From assembly GCA_964577305.1 (NCBI GenBank), contig CAZNYS010000007.1:12562-76561 (forward strand): DNA of 64,000 bases, given 5' to 3'. Both the position numbers and the translations under genes were made by a program. Positions within the stretch are counted from its first letter, which is position 1. Each line of letters starts with the position of its first letter. Origin of the DNA: an uncultured Rikenellaceae bacterium. Its GTDB lineage: Bacteria; Bacteroidota; Bacteroidia; Bacteroidales; VadinHA17. The notes beneath the pieces were generated by a model, which saw only the letters and a list, made by a program, of their open reading frames with translations, was not told the origin of the DNA and did no database searches. Below are positions 20,126 through 28,981 of this stretch, in pieces.

Positions 20126-20671
20126 TTACCTGACATAATATCTCCAATCAATATCTCTCCAGTATGATCCGGCATAGTTAATTCCTATACGCTTCCCCTG
20201 TCCTATATCCACGTTTATACCATGATCTTCAACCCATATCCTTTCTGATTCAGCGATATCTTCTCCATAATAAGAACCATCTAATTTAAGGTGTCTGGTC
20301 AGCTTCCCCGGTCCGTTAAACCCCCTGATACTACGTATTAACACAGCCTGGGGGATTCCCTCTTCCGCAGTAACAATATTAAGCATCCAGTGCATGCCGT
20401 ATATAAAATACATATAGATAAAGCCTCCCCTGTTATACATAATCTGATTCCTGGAGGTTCTTCCCCTGCTTGCATGACATGCTTCATCTTCCTCGCCACG
20501 ATATGCCTCAACTTCGGTTATCATGTGTCTGTGGGTAATACCGTTCGATCCACTTACGCATAACAACTTGCCTGGTAAAGAAGGAGCTATTTCAAGGACA
20601 TCCCTCGTGAAAAAATCTCTGTTTAACCTCCTGCCCTGATTCATTAGTTTGCCTCTTGTTTTAATATCCAA
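20126..20671 (-). CDS. DNA-3-methyladenine glycosylase (Mpg/AAG family)
   Basis: Contains FFTRDVLEIAPSLPGKLL, ITEVEAYRGEEDEACHASRGRTSRNQIMY and GFIYMYFIYGMHWMLNIVT. An alternative start MNQGRR at 20644 is possible. Confidence 0.85.
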   Translation of the reverse strand: MDIKTRGKLMNQGRRLNRDFFTRDVLEIAPSLPGKLLCVSGSNGITHRHMITEVEAYRGEEDEACHASRGRTSRNQIMYNRGGFIYMYFIYGMHWMLNIVTAEEGIPQAVLIRSIRGFNGPGKLTRHLKLDGSYYGEDIAESERIWVEDHGINVDIGQGKRIGINYAGSYWRDIDWRYYVR

Positions 20672-20792
20672 AGATTAAGAAAATATAAAAAACAAAAAAA
20701 CTGCACTTTTCTCGAGTCTGTCATTTTTTGGATATAAACCTGATGTTATCTAATTTAATCCATAGATTATTCTTTTTTATTAAAAAATATTG

Positions 20793-20800
20793 TACTTTTG
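20793..20800 (+). promoter_or_regulatory. -7 box TAnnTTTG upstream of rplM
   Basis: tacttttg, 60 nt upstream of the GTG start at 20860. Confidence 0.45.
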
Positions 20801-20859
20801 CACACCCGAAAATACAGGATATTAGGAAAATATAATAGTACAGATTAAAACAAAAGGAC

Positions 20860-21318
20860 GTGAATACCAATAGCTATAAGACCATTTCGGCTAATAAGGC
20901 AACTGTGAATAAGGAGTGGCTCCTGGTAGATGCTGATGGTGAAATTCTGGGTCGCCTTGCATCTCAGGTAGCAAAGCTTATTCGCGGAAAGCATAAACCT
21001 GATTTTACTCCCCATGTTGATTGTGGTGATAACGTTATAATAATAAATGCCGACAAGGTTAAAATGACGGGAAATAAATGGGATGACAAAGAATATTTAA
21101 GATATTCAGGATACCCAGGAGGACAGAAATCAATTGTGGCCAGGGAGCTTTTTAAAAAGCATCCTGAGAGAATTGTTGAAAACGCGATCAGGGGTATGCT
21201 GCCAAAGAACAGACTTGGCAGGGCTATTTTCAAGAACCTTTATGTATATGCGGGAGACAAGCATGAGCAGGAAGCTCAGAAGCCAAGAAAAATAGAATTA
21301 GATAAAATTAAATTATAA
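20860..21318 (+). CDS. rplM: 50S ribosomal protein L13
   Basis: [51 protein letters not shown] start. Confidence 0.95.
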   Translation: MNTNSYKTISANKATVNKEWLLVDADGEILGRLASQVAKLIRGKHKPDFTPHVDCGDNVIIINADKVKMTGNKWDDKEYLRYSGYPGGQKSIVARELFKKHPERIVENAIRGMLPKNRLGRAIFKNLYVYAGDKHEQEAQKPRKIELDKIKL

Positions 21319-21705
21319 ATGGAAGTTATCAATACTATAGGAAGAAGGAAGTCGGCCATAGCAAGAGTATATCTTTCTGAAGGCAAAGGACAGATAACTG
21401 TCAATAATAAAGATTACCAGGAATATTTCCCGGCCAAAACACTTCAGTACATTGTAATGCAGCCCCTCAACCTTCTTAGTGTTACCGACAAATATGATAT
21501 TAAGGTAGTCCTGAACGGTGGAGGATCAAAAGGGCAGGCGGAAGCTTTAAGATTGGGAATATCAAGAGCCCTGGTAAAAATTAACGAAGAGGACAAACCT
21601 GCCCTGAAATCTGAAGGATTCCTTACAAGAGATCCCAGGCAGGTGGAAAGAAAGAAACCTGGCCAGCCAAAAGCTCGTAAGAGATTCCAGTTTAGTAAAC
21701 GCTAA
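21319..21705 (+). CDS. rpsI: 30S ribosomal protein S9
   Basis: GRRKSAIARVYL...GGGSKGQAEALRLGISRAL...RDPRQVERKKPGQPKARKRFQFSKR. Begins immediately after the rplM stop. Confidence 0.95.
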   Translation: MEVINTIGRRKSAIARVYLSEGKGQITVNNKDYQEYFPAKTLQYIVMQPLNLLSVTDKYDIKVVLNGGGSKGQAEALRLGISRALVKINEEDKPALKSEGFLTRDPRQVERKKPGQPKARKRFQFSKR

Positions 21706-21803
21706 AATTATATAGATGCATGTTTAGTATCTAAATTGCATTGACTTCGAACAACGAACTACTATGCAATTGATAATCAGAATGTAAACTTTAAAATTGT
21801 ACA

Positions 21804-22688
21804 ATGCCAAGAACAAATTTCAATGAATTGCTCGATGCAGGTGTCCATTTCGGACATCTCAAAAGAAAATGGAATCCCGCGATGGCTCCTTACATATTCA
21901 TGGAGCGTAACGGTATTCATATTATTGACCTGGAACAAACAGAAAAGAAGTTAGAAGAAGCAGCATCTGCTATCAAGCAGATAGCAAAATCAGGGAAAAA
22001 GATCTTATTTGTAGCAACAAAAAAGCAGGCAAAGGATATAGTTGCCGATAGGGTGAAACAGGTTAATATGCCATATGTAACCGAACGGTGGCCCGGTGGC
22101 ATGCTGACTAATTTTCCTACAATCCGGAAGGCTGTAAAAAAAATGTCGTCTATTGATAAAATGGCGACAGATGGCACCTTTGATAACCTGTCAAAGAGAG
22201 AAAAGCTCCAGATTACACGCCAGCGCGCCAAGCTCGAAAAAATGCTGGGCAGTATTGCCGATCTAACCAGGCTGCCCGCAGCTCTTTTCGTGGTGGATAT
22301 CATTAAAGAATATATTGCCGTAAGGGAAGCAAAAAAATTGGCAATACCTGTAATAGCAATGGTCGATACCAACTCTGATCCAAATGCCGTTGATTTCCCC
22401 ATACCGGCAAACGATGACGCATCAAAGTCAATATCCCTTATTGTTGATATTCTCTGCAAATCAGTTGAAGAAGGCCTTAACGAAAGAAAAACAGAAAAGG
22501 AAAAAGAATCTGACGGCAAGGAAAAAAGATCAGCAAAGGATTCAAAAGCCGCAGCCAAAAAAATCAGATCAGTGAAGGCGGAAGAATTTGAAGATGATGA
22601 GGAAGTGGAGGAAGAAGGCGAGGAAGTTGAAGTTAAACTCCAGAGGGAAGCTGGAGATTTGTATGACGATGATTTTAGCGATGAATAA
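21804..22688 (+). CDS. rpsB: 30S ribosomal protein S2 with long acidic/basic C-terminal extension
   Basis: LLDAGVHFGHLKRKWNPAMAPYIF...GIHIIDL...FVATKKQAKD...RWPGGMLTNF...VVD...AVREAKKLAIPVIAMVDTNSDP. The core ends near aa 225. About 70 extra residues are rich in K/E/D. Confidence 0.95.
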   Translation: MPRTNFNELLDAGVHFGHLKRKWNPAMAPYIFMERNGIHIIDLEQTEKKLEEAASAIKQIAKSGKKILFVATKKQAKDIVADRVKQVNMPYVTERWPGGMLTNFPTIRKAVKKMSSIDKMATDGTFDNLSKREKLQITRQRAKLEKMLGSIADLTRLPAALFVVDIIKEYIAVREAKKLAIPVIAMVDTNSDPNAVDFPIPANDDASKSISLIVDILCKSVEEGLNERKTEKEKESDGKEKRSAKDSKAAAKKIRSVKAEEFEDDEEVEEEGEEVEVKLQREAGDLYDDDFSDE

Positions 22689-22714
22689 CATTAATTATAA
22701 ATAAAAAATTGAAT

Positions 22715-23545
22715 ATGGCTCCAATAAGTGCTGCCGACGTAGCAAAACTGAGAAAAATGACCGGTGCAGGTATGATGGATTGTAAAAATGCCCTGCAGGA
22801 AGCTGAAGGTGATTTTGAAAAAGCAGTGGAAGTAATAAGGAAAAAAGGGCAGGTTGTTGCAAGTAAGCGCGCCGACCGTGAAGCAGGTGAAGGCGTTGTG
22901 CTGGCAAGCACCTCTGATGATGGAAGATTTGGTGTTCTCATAGTGTTGAATTGTGAAACCGATTTTGTTGCAAAAAACGCTGACTTTGAAAAACTGGCAT
23001 ACGATATACTTGATTTAGCATTGGAACAGAAAGCCGAAAATCTTGATGAACTGAAAAATATTGAGATAAATGGTATAAAAATTGAGGATAAGATTGTGGA
23101 ACAGATTGGTATAATAGGAGAGAAACTTGAATTATCATATTATGATTGTATAAAAGCTGAATATGTTCATCCCTATATCCATCCCGGTAACAGACTGGCC
23201 ACCATTGCCGGATTTAATAAATCAGGACTCGATAGCCAGGTTTATAAGGATGTTGCAATGCAAATTGCTGCAATGAACCCTTTAGCAATTGATAAGGATG
23301 ATGTAGAGCAGGAAGAAATTGACAAGGAAATAGAAATAGGGAAAGAACAGGCGCGACGTGAGGGTAAGCCTGATAACCTGCTTGAGAAAATTGCTATGGG
23401 TAAACTGGCAAAATTCTTTAAGGAAAATACACTGCTTAACCAGGAATTTGTAAAGGACAATAAACAAACTATAAGACAATACCTGAATTCTGTAGATAAA
23501 GACCTCACTATAACAGGATTCAGGAGGTATACATTAAATGATTAG
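22715..23545 (+). CDS. tsf: translation elongation factor Ts
   Basis: MAPISAADVAKLRKMTGAGMMDCKNALQEAEGDFEKAVEVIRKKG. The ORF track begins at TTG 22709, but ATG 22715 gives the canonical N-terminus. Confidence 0.93.
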   Translation: MAPISAADVAKLRKMTGAGMMDCKNALQEAEGDFEKAVEVIRKKGQVVASKRADREAGEGVVLASTSDDGRFGVLIVLNCETDFVAKNADFEKLAYDILDLALEQKAENLDELKNIEINGIKIEDKIVEQIGIIGEKLELSYYDCIKAEYVHPYIHPGNRLATIAGFNKSGLDSQVYKDVAMQIAAMNPLAIDKDDVEQEEIDKEIEIGKEQARREGKPDNLLEKIAMGKLAKFFKENTLLNQEFVKDNKQTIRQYLNSVDKDLTITGFRRYTLND

Positions 23546-23570
23546 TCTGTAAGGAAGATTCCCAAACAAT

Positions 23571-23601
23571 AGCCGCTAATCTTAGGGTTAACGGCTTTTT
23601 T
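23571..23601 (+). terminator. putative rho-independent terminator after tsf
   Basis: agccgctaa-tcttaggg-ttaacggct followed by ttttttatt. The stem is imperfect. Confidence 0.5.
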
Positions 23602-23656
23602 ATTATAATAACTATAGCTGACTATATTAATCCATCATTCCAACCATCCAATAGAT

Positions 23657-25807
23657 TTACCAGCCAAGAATATATGCAAACATCAAGGGTGCAACAATGG
23701 TAGCATCTGACTCAATAATAAACCTTGGAGTGTCAGGTCCCAGTTTACCCCATGTTATCTTCTCATTGGGTACAGCTCCCGAATAGGAACCAAAACTGGT
23801 TATTGACTCACTTATCTGGCAGAAATAAGACCATATGGGAATGTTTGTAAGCTGGAGGTCCTGGTGCAACATAGGAACAACACATATCGGGAAATCTCCT
23901 GCTATACCACCTCCTATCTGGAAAAATCCTATACCATCGGCCGAGTTTTCCTGGTACCATTCAGCAAGAAAAATCATATATTCTATGCCTGACCGGATAA
24001 TTGATGTATCATATAATCCTCTTATGCAATGTGAAGCAAAAAAATTGCCGCATGTTGAATCTTCCCATCCCGGGACCAGCAAGGGTATATTCTTTTCAGC
24101 TGCTGCCAGCACCCATGAATCAGAGGGATCAATTTCATAATATTCCCTGAGCTCACCGCTATTCAGTATACTGTAAAAATATTCATGGGGAAATAATCTT
24201 TCCCCTTCCCTGTTAGCTTCTTCCCATACTTTCATCAAGTGCTCTTCTATTCTTCTCATTGCTTCTTCTTCCGGGATACATGTATCGGTGACCCTGTTAT
24301 AATTATTTGCCAGCAGGTCAGATTCCTGCTCATCACTCAGGTTCCTGTATCCAGGTACCCGTTTATAATGACTGTGAGCCACCAGGTTGAATATATCCTC
24401 TTCAAGGTTGGCCCCTGTGCAGGTAATGATATGTACCTTATCCTGCCTGATCATTTCAGCAAGCGACTTACCCAAATAACCCAGTATATTCAGCATATCA
24501 TCCACTGTTTGCTCATTCCTGTACACATAATCATAGAATTTACCGGTGGCATCCCTGTCAACTATAACATGTTTGGGAGCCGGTATAAGGCAATGTTTAA
24601 TTCCTCCATAACCACTAATCGAATCCTGGTATGCTCCGGTGTGAAAGAACCCAATATACAGGGGTTCATTTTCCCCGTTCGAATATTTAGGTAATAATAT
24701 CTGCTGTTCAAAATACTCGGAATTATAGTAATCTGAATTATCGCAGCTAATTCCACCAATATTCACCCTAACATATTCATTATACCATTTATTCACTGGT
24801 AATAGAATAAATTTCTCATGCATCGACCATGCATCGGGAATGGTATTCATCAGGCTGTTATCCACTAAATACCACAGTTCATTATCGTTTTGTTGCTTCT
24901 GCTCCAGTACTTTGAAAATACTGGCACCGCTTTCTCCTACAGTATATTTCCCAAATTCGGTATAAATATCCGGTTCACTGATGCCTGCATTATTGCATGC
25001 TTCATGTATATTACGCACTATTTCCGTTATCATGTACTCATAGTCATATTCATAACCCAGGTGATTCCTTATCGGGAAACCTCCCCCCAGGTTAAAGGAG
25101 TTAAGGGTGTCTGATTCTTTCTTTAAATCAACATACAGCTTGAGTACTTTCTGAAATTCTCCCCAGTAATAAAGGGTTTCTTTTATGCCGGAATCGACAA
25201 AAAAGTGCAGCATTTTAAAATCCAGCCTGGGATTATTTTTAATCTTATTTAAATAAAAGTCAATCACATCATTGTATGGCAAACCTAATCTTGAGGTATA
25301 ATAGCTCGATTGTGGTTCCTCTTCAATAGCTATACGAATGCCAACCTTAATTTTACTATCTCCCAGCTGTTCCAATATCCGGTTAAGCTCTTCCTTGCTG
25401 TCAAGAATAATGATTGAATTAACAAAACCGCTTTTCTGCAAGCTCAGTATCTTACTTATATATTCAGGACTTTTGTAACCGTTATGTATGATAGTCCTTT
25501 TCTTATCAATCTCTCCTTCTTTATATAATTTTTCTATAAGGTCAATATCGAATGATGATGAGGTCTCAAGGTTAACATTATACTTGAGAGCGGCACTTAC
25601 AACATGATGAAAATGGGAACATTTAGTACAATAACAGTAATGATATGCACCCTTGTATCCTGTCTTCTTCATAGCCCTGTTGAACAAATTCCTTGCTTTC
25701 TTTATCTGGTCACCTACTCTTGGCAAATACATTAGTCTGAAAGGCGTGCCGTATTTTTCAATGAGATATTTAATTGATACGCCATAAAAAGTGAGATAGC
25801 CATTCAT
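23657..25807 (-). CDS. fusion protein: SpeA-like PLP-dependent arginine decarboxylase (aa 1-~443) + deoxyhypusine synthase-like domain (aa ~446-716)
   Basis: N-terminal part: YGTPFRLMYLP, GYKGAYHYCYCTKCSHF (PLP-Lys candidate K62), NLGGGFPI, HTGAYQDSISG. C-terminal part: VHIITCTGANLEEDI, QIGGGIAGDF, SGAVPNEKITWGKLG (Lys688), ESDATIVAPLMFAYILGW. The N-terminus is uncertain: 22 in-frame sense codons upstream carry no canonical start. Confidence 0.8.
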   Translation of the reverse strand: MNGYLTFYGVSIKYLIEKYGTPFRLMYLPRVGDQIKKARNLFNRAMKKTGYKGAYHYCYCTKCSHFHHVVSAALKYNVNLETSSSFDIDLIEKLYKEGEIDKKRTIIHNGYKSPEYISKILSLQKSGFVNSIIILDSKEELNRILEQLGDSKIKVGIRIAIEEEPQSSYYTSRLGLPYNDVIDFYLNKIKNNPRLDFKMLHFFVDSGIKETLYYWGEFQKVLKLYVDLKKESDTLNSFNLGGGFPIRNHLGYEYDYEYMITEIVRNIHEACNNAGISEPDIYTEFGKYTVGESGASIFKVLEQKQQNDNELWYLVDNSLMNTIPDAWSMHEKFILLPVNKWYNEYVRVNIGGISCDNSDYYNSEYFEQQILLPKYSNGENEPLYIGFFHTGAYQDSISGYGGIKHCLIPAPKHVIVDRDATGKFYDYVYRNEQTVDDMLNILGYLGKSLAEMIRQDKVHIITCTGANLEEDIFNLVAHSHYKRVPGYRNLSDEQESDLLANNYNRVTDTCIPEEEAMRRIEEHLMKVWEEANREGERLFPHEYFYSILNSGELREYYEIDPSDSWVLAAAEKNIPLLVPGWEDSTCGNFFASHCIRGLYDTSIIRSGIEYMIFLAEWYQENSADGIGFFQIGGGIAGDFPICVVPMLHQDLQLTNIPIWSYFCQISESITSFGSYSGAVPNEKITWGKLGPDTPRFIIESDATIVAPLMFAYILGW

Positions 25808-26000
25808 CAGATCAAATCCTTCCTGGGGGAAATAATAAGTCTGTTCAATCAGATTGAAATATGTGTTTTTCTTTTATTCTGGATATTTTAACCTTAAATA
25901 ATTAGTAGTTTGTAAATCATTTACAAAGAAATACATTTTTTTATTTTGCACTTACTCTCTACCCTATTACTTATGCATCAGCATTTGTAAGTAAAATTAC

Positions 26001-26008
26001 TATTTTTG
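26001..26008 (+). promoter_or_regulatory. -7 box TAnnTTTG upstream of pyrH
   Basis: tatttttg, 85 nt upstream of the ATG at 26093. Confidence 0.35.
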
Positions 26009-26092
26009 ATATTTGCCAATCGTAATGCAAAAGCTAATATTACAAACAGATAAGCATCTGCATAAGATAATAAACTATACCCATATAACAAA

Positions 26093-26803
26093 ATGAAATA
26101 TAAAAGAATCCTACTTAAGCTCAGTGGCGAATCCCTGCAGGGAAATGATAATCACGGTATTAATCCGGATAAGCTCAGCTTTTACAGCAACCAGATAAAG
26201 GAAATCGTTGATTCAGGAACTGAAGTAGGTATAGTTATAGGCGGAGGTAATATATTCAGGGGATTAAAAGGTACAGAAAAAGGTTTCGACAGGCTCAAGG
26301 GTGATCAGATGGGCATGCTGGCAACGGTGATCAACAGCCTTGCCCTGGAAAGTGAATTGCAATCAGCAAAATACAGTGCCAGGGTATTCACCTCCATCAG
26401 GATGGAGCCTGTGGGAGAACTGTACAACAGGGATTATGTAGTAAAAAACATGAAACAGGGAACAGTATGTATCCTGGCTGGCGGCACAGGGAATCCTTTT
26501 TTTACCACCGATACTGCAGCAGCACTGCGGGCTGTTGAAACGGGCTGTGATGCTTTGCTTAAAGGAACCCGTGTTGATGGTGTATATTCCGATGATCCGG
26601 AACAGTCAGATCAGGCTGAAAAATTTGATCATATTTCTTTTGAGGAAGCAATAAACAGGCAACTCAGGGTAATGGACCAGACAGCCTTCACCATTTGCCG
26701 TGAAAACAATATGCCAATCATTGTTTTTGATATTAATACTCCCGGGAACCTGTTAAAGGTGGTAAGGGGGCAAAAAGTGGGAACGCTGGTATATGATAGT
26801 TAA
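26093..26803 (+). CDS. pyrH: UMP kinase
   Basis: YKRILLKLSGESL...VIGGGNIFRG...MGMLATVINSLAL...GTGNPFFTTDTAAALRA. Confidence 0.95.
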   Translation: MKYKRILLKLSGESLQGNDNHGINPDKLSFYSNQIKEIVDSGTEVGIVIGGGNIFRGLKGTEKGFDRLKGDQMGMLATVINSLALESELQSAKYSARVFTSIRMEPVGELYNRDYVVKNMKQGTVCILAGGTGNPFFTTDTAAALRAVETGCDALLKGTRVDGVYSDDPEQSDQAEKFDHISFEEAINRQLRVMDQTAFTICRENNMPIIVFDINTPGNLLKVVRGQKVGTLVYDS

Positions 26804-26827
26804 TATTATGTTTTTACAGATTTTTAT

Positions 26828-26835
26828 TAAATTTG
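26828..26835 (+). promoter_or_regulatory. -7 box TAnnTTTG upstream of frr
   Basis: taaatttg, 38 nt upstream of the ATG at 26873. Confidence 0.4.
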
Positions 26836-26872
26836 TTTACTGGCAAACATTCATAATCTTAAAACTACCGGT

Positions 26873-27436
26873 ATGAATGAAGAGATAGAAATCATAATGG
26901 AAGAAACAACTGACAGGATGAAAGGAGCCATTAAGCACCTTGAAACCGAGCTTTCAAAACTAAGAGCCGGCAAAGCAACACCCACACTGCTGGACGGTAT
27001 TAAAGTTGATTATTACGGTGTTAATACACCACTTAACCAGGTGTCGAATATAAATACACCCGATGCCAAGTCAATAATAGTTCAGCCCTGGGAAAAAACA
27101 ATTCTCGGCCCTATCGAAAAAGCTATCCTGGCTGCAAATATCGGACTGACACCTATCAATAATGGTGAAATTATAAGGATAAATGTACCGCCACTTACAG
27201 AAGAAAGAAGGTCGCAGCTGGTTAAAATGGTTAAAAATGAGGGAGAATTAGCCAAGATAAGTGTGCGCAATTCACGAAAATGGGCCAACGACGAACTTAA
27301 GAAACTCCTTAAAGAAGGACTCGCCGAAGATGCAGAAAAAATTGCCGAGGACAATGTCCAGGAACTGACTGACGACTACGTTAAAAAGGTTGACGAGATA
27401 GTTGAGGCTAAAGAATCAGATATAATGACTGTATAA
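26873..27436 (+). CDS. frr: ribosome recycling factor
   Basis: LSKLRAGKATPTLLDGIKVDYYG...PWEK...IEKAILAANIGLTPINNGEIIRINVPPLTEERR. Confidence 0.95.
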   Translation: MNEEIEIIMEETTDRMKGAIKHLETELSKLRAGKATPTLLDGIKVDYYGVNTPLNQVSNINTPDAKSIIVQPWEKTILGPIEKAILAANIGLTPINNGEIIRINVPPLTEERRSQLVKMVKNEGELAKISVRNSRKWANDELKKLLKEGLAEDAEKIAEDNVQELTDDYVKKVDEIVEAKESDIMTV

Positions 27437-27666
27437 CCCATCCCTTCAAAAAAATACAGGTAAGCTTAAAAAAGATAGTCCTTCTTAGTTGATCAGCTTG
27501 CCTGAGAACCCACTAAAGCTATAAAACATAAGTGTTCTGTATCTGTTATACAGTATTTAAGATAATGCCCTAATGAATTAAATAGGGTAAAGAGAATACT
27601 AACGGTCATATACTTGAGAAAAGAACAAATGCAGTTCATTAAAATGTTAAACAAAAATTAAAAGCC

Positions 27667-28971
27667 ATGAAAAGATTTATTGATATTACAATGATCGCTC
27701 TGATCCTGTTTATCATTATTTCTCTTGTCACTGCCAATGCAGCAGTCAAAGTTGAAATAACTGACCAGGATCCCCAGTCTTTCATTACAGTAAGGGGCAA
27801 AATAGTGGATAACCAAACAGGTGACCCCCTTATATTTGCTACTATTGCCCTGAAAGGAACAAATGTAGCAACAGTGTCGAACCTTGACGGGGAATTTATC
27901 CTTAAGATTGATGTTGAAGTACAGGATCCTTATATAGAAATAATGTATATAGGATATAAGAATAAGGAAATACCCCTGGCAAATCTCACAACCGCTGATG
28001 AAGAAAATATTATCGAGCTAATACAGGCAACAATACCTATACAGGAGGTCATTGTTAAACCTGTAACTCCTGAAGAGATTCTTGAGAAAGTAATAAGCAA
28101 TATCCGTGATAATTATGCTGAAGCACCTAACCTCATGACCGGTTTCTACCGCGAAACAATCAAGAAAAACAGGAGCTATGTGTCTATTGCTGAAGCTGTG
28201 ATAGAAGTTTTTAAAGCTCCCTATGCTAATGAGTTCCGGTTTGATGCAACAAAGATCTATAAAGGCAGGAAAAATGTTGATGTATCAAGAATAGATACAG
28301 TGCTTTTCCGCCTGCAGGGTGGACCGGTTACCACACTGCAGCTTGATATTGTCAAAAACTCATATGCAATTCTTACCTATGATATCATGGGATCATATGA
28401 TTATACACTTGACAATATAATAGTAATTGACGAAAAACCTCACTATGTAATTGAGTTTCACCAGCGTCCAAATGTTGATATTCCATTATTCCTCGGAAAA
28501 CTTTATATCGAAATGGATAGTTATGCAGTAACTGAAGCAGAATTCAGCATTAACCTTGAAGATGAGGACCTGGCTGCATCAATCTTCGTCAGGAAAAAAC
28601 CTCTGGGGATGAAGGTTACTCCAGAGACGGCAAGCTACAGGGTTAAATTCCGTGAACAGGATGGTAAATATTATTTCGCGTACGCACGTGCCGAAGTGGA
28701 ATTTAAGTGTAACTGGCAAAAGAAACTCTTCAATAAGACTTATACCACTATGTCAGAAATAGCTATTACCGACAGGACCGAAGAAGAAGTAGTGAAATTT
28801 GCATCAAGTGAGAAAATTAAAAAAGGTGATATCTTTACGGAACAGCTGAGTGCTTTTGCAGATCCTGATTTCTGGGGTGAGTATAATGTTATCGAGCCCG
28901 ACCAGAGTATAGAATCAGCAATAAGGAGACTAAACCGTAGACTCAGGTGGAGCGATTTATTTGATAACTAA
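27667..28971 (+). CDS. CarboxypepD_reg-like domain protein (paralog of 30479..32050, without STN domain)
   Basis: 434 aa. Signal/TM anchor ITMIALILFIIISLVTANA. VRGKIVDNQTGDPLIFATIALKGTNVATVSNLDGEFILKI matches the carboxypeptidase-regulatory-like fold pattern. The roughly 300-aa C-terminal region shares FYRE, AEAV.E..K, KIYKGRK, YVIEF, FWG and SIESAIRRLN blocks with the downstream paralog. Confidence 0.75.
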   Translation: MKRFIDITMIALILFIIISLVTANAAVKVEITDQDPQSFITVRGKIVDNQTGDPLIFATIALKGTNVATVSNLDGEFILKIDVEVQDPYIEIMYIGYKNKEIPLANLTTADEENIIELIQATIPIQEVIVKPVTPEEILEKVISNIRDNYAEAPNLMTGFYRETIKKNRSYVSIAEAVIEVFKAPYANEFRFDATKIYKGRKNVDVSRIDTVLFRLQGGPVTTLQLDIVKNSYAILTYDIMGSYDYTLDNIIVIDEKPHYVIEFHQRPNVDIPLFLGKLYIEMDSYAVTEAEFSINLEDEDLAASIFVRKKPLGMKVTPETASYRVKFREQDGKYYFAYARAEVEFKCNWQKKLFNKTYTTMSEIAITDRTEEEVVKFASSEKIKKGDIFTEQLSAFADPDFWGEYNVIEPDQSIESAIRRLNRRLRWSDLFDN

Positions 28972-28981
28972 TTAATGATAT

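Noticed and set aside
21917-22558. 213-aa minus-strand ORF
   Set aside because: It lies antisense to rpsB and is Ser/Phe/Ala-rich with no motifs. It is a typical shadow ORF of a highly expressed gene. The same reasoning applies to 22675..22941, 22695..22907 and 23242..23508, which are antisense to tsf.
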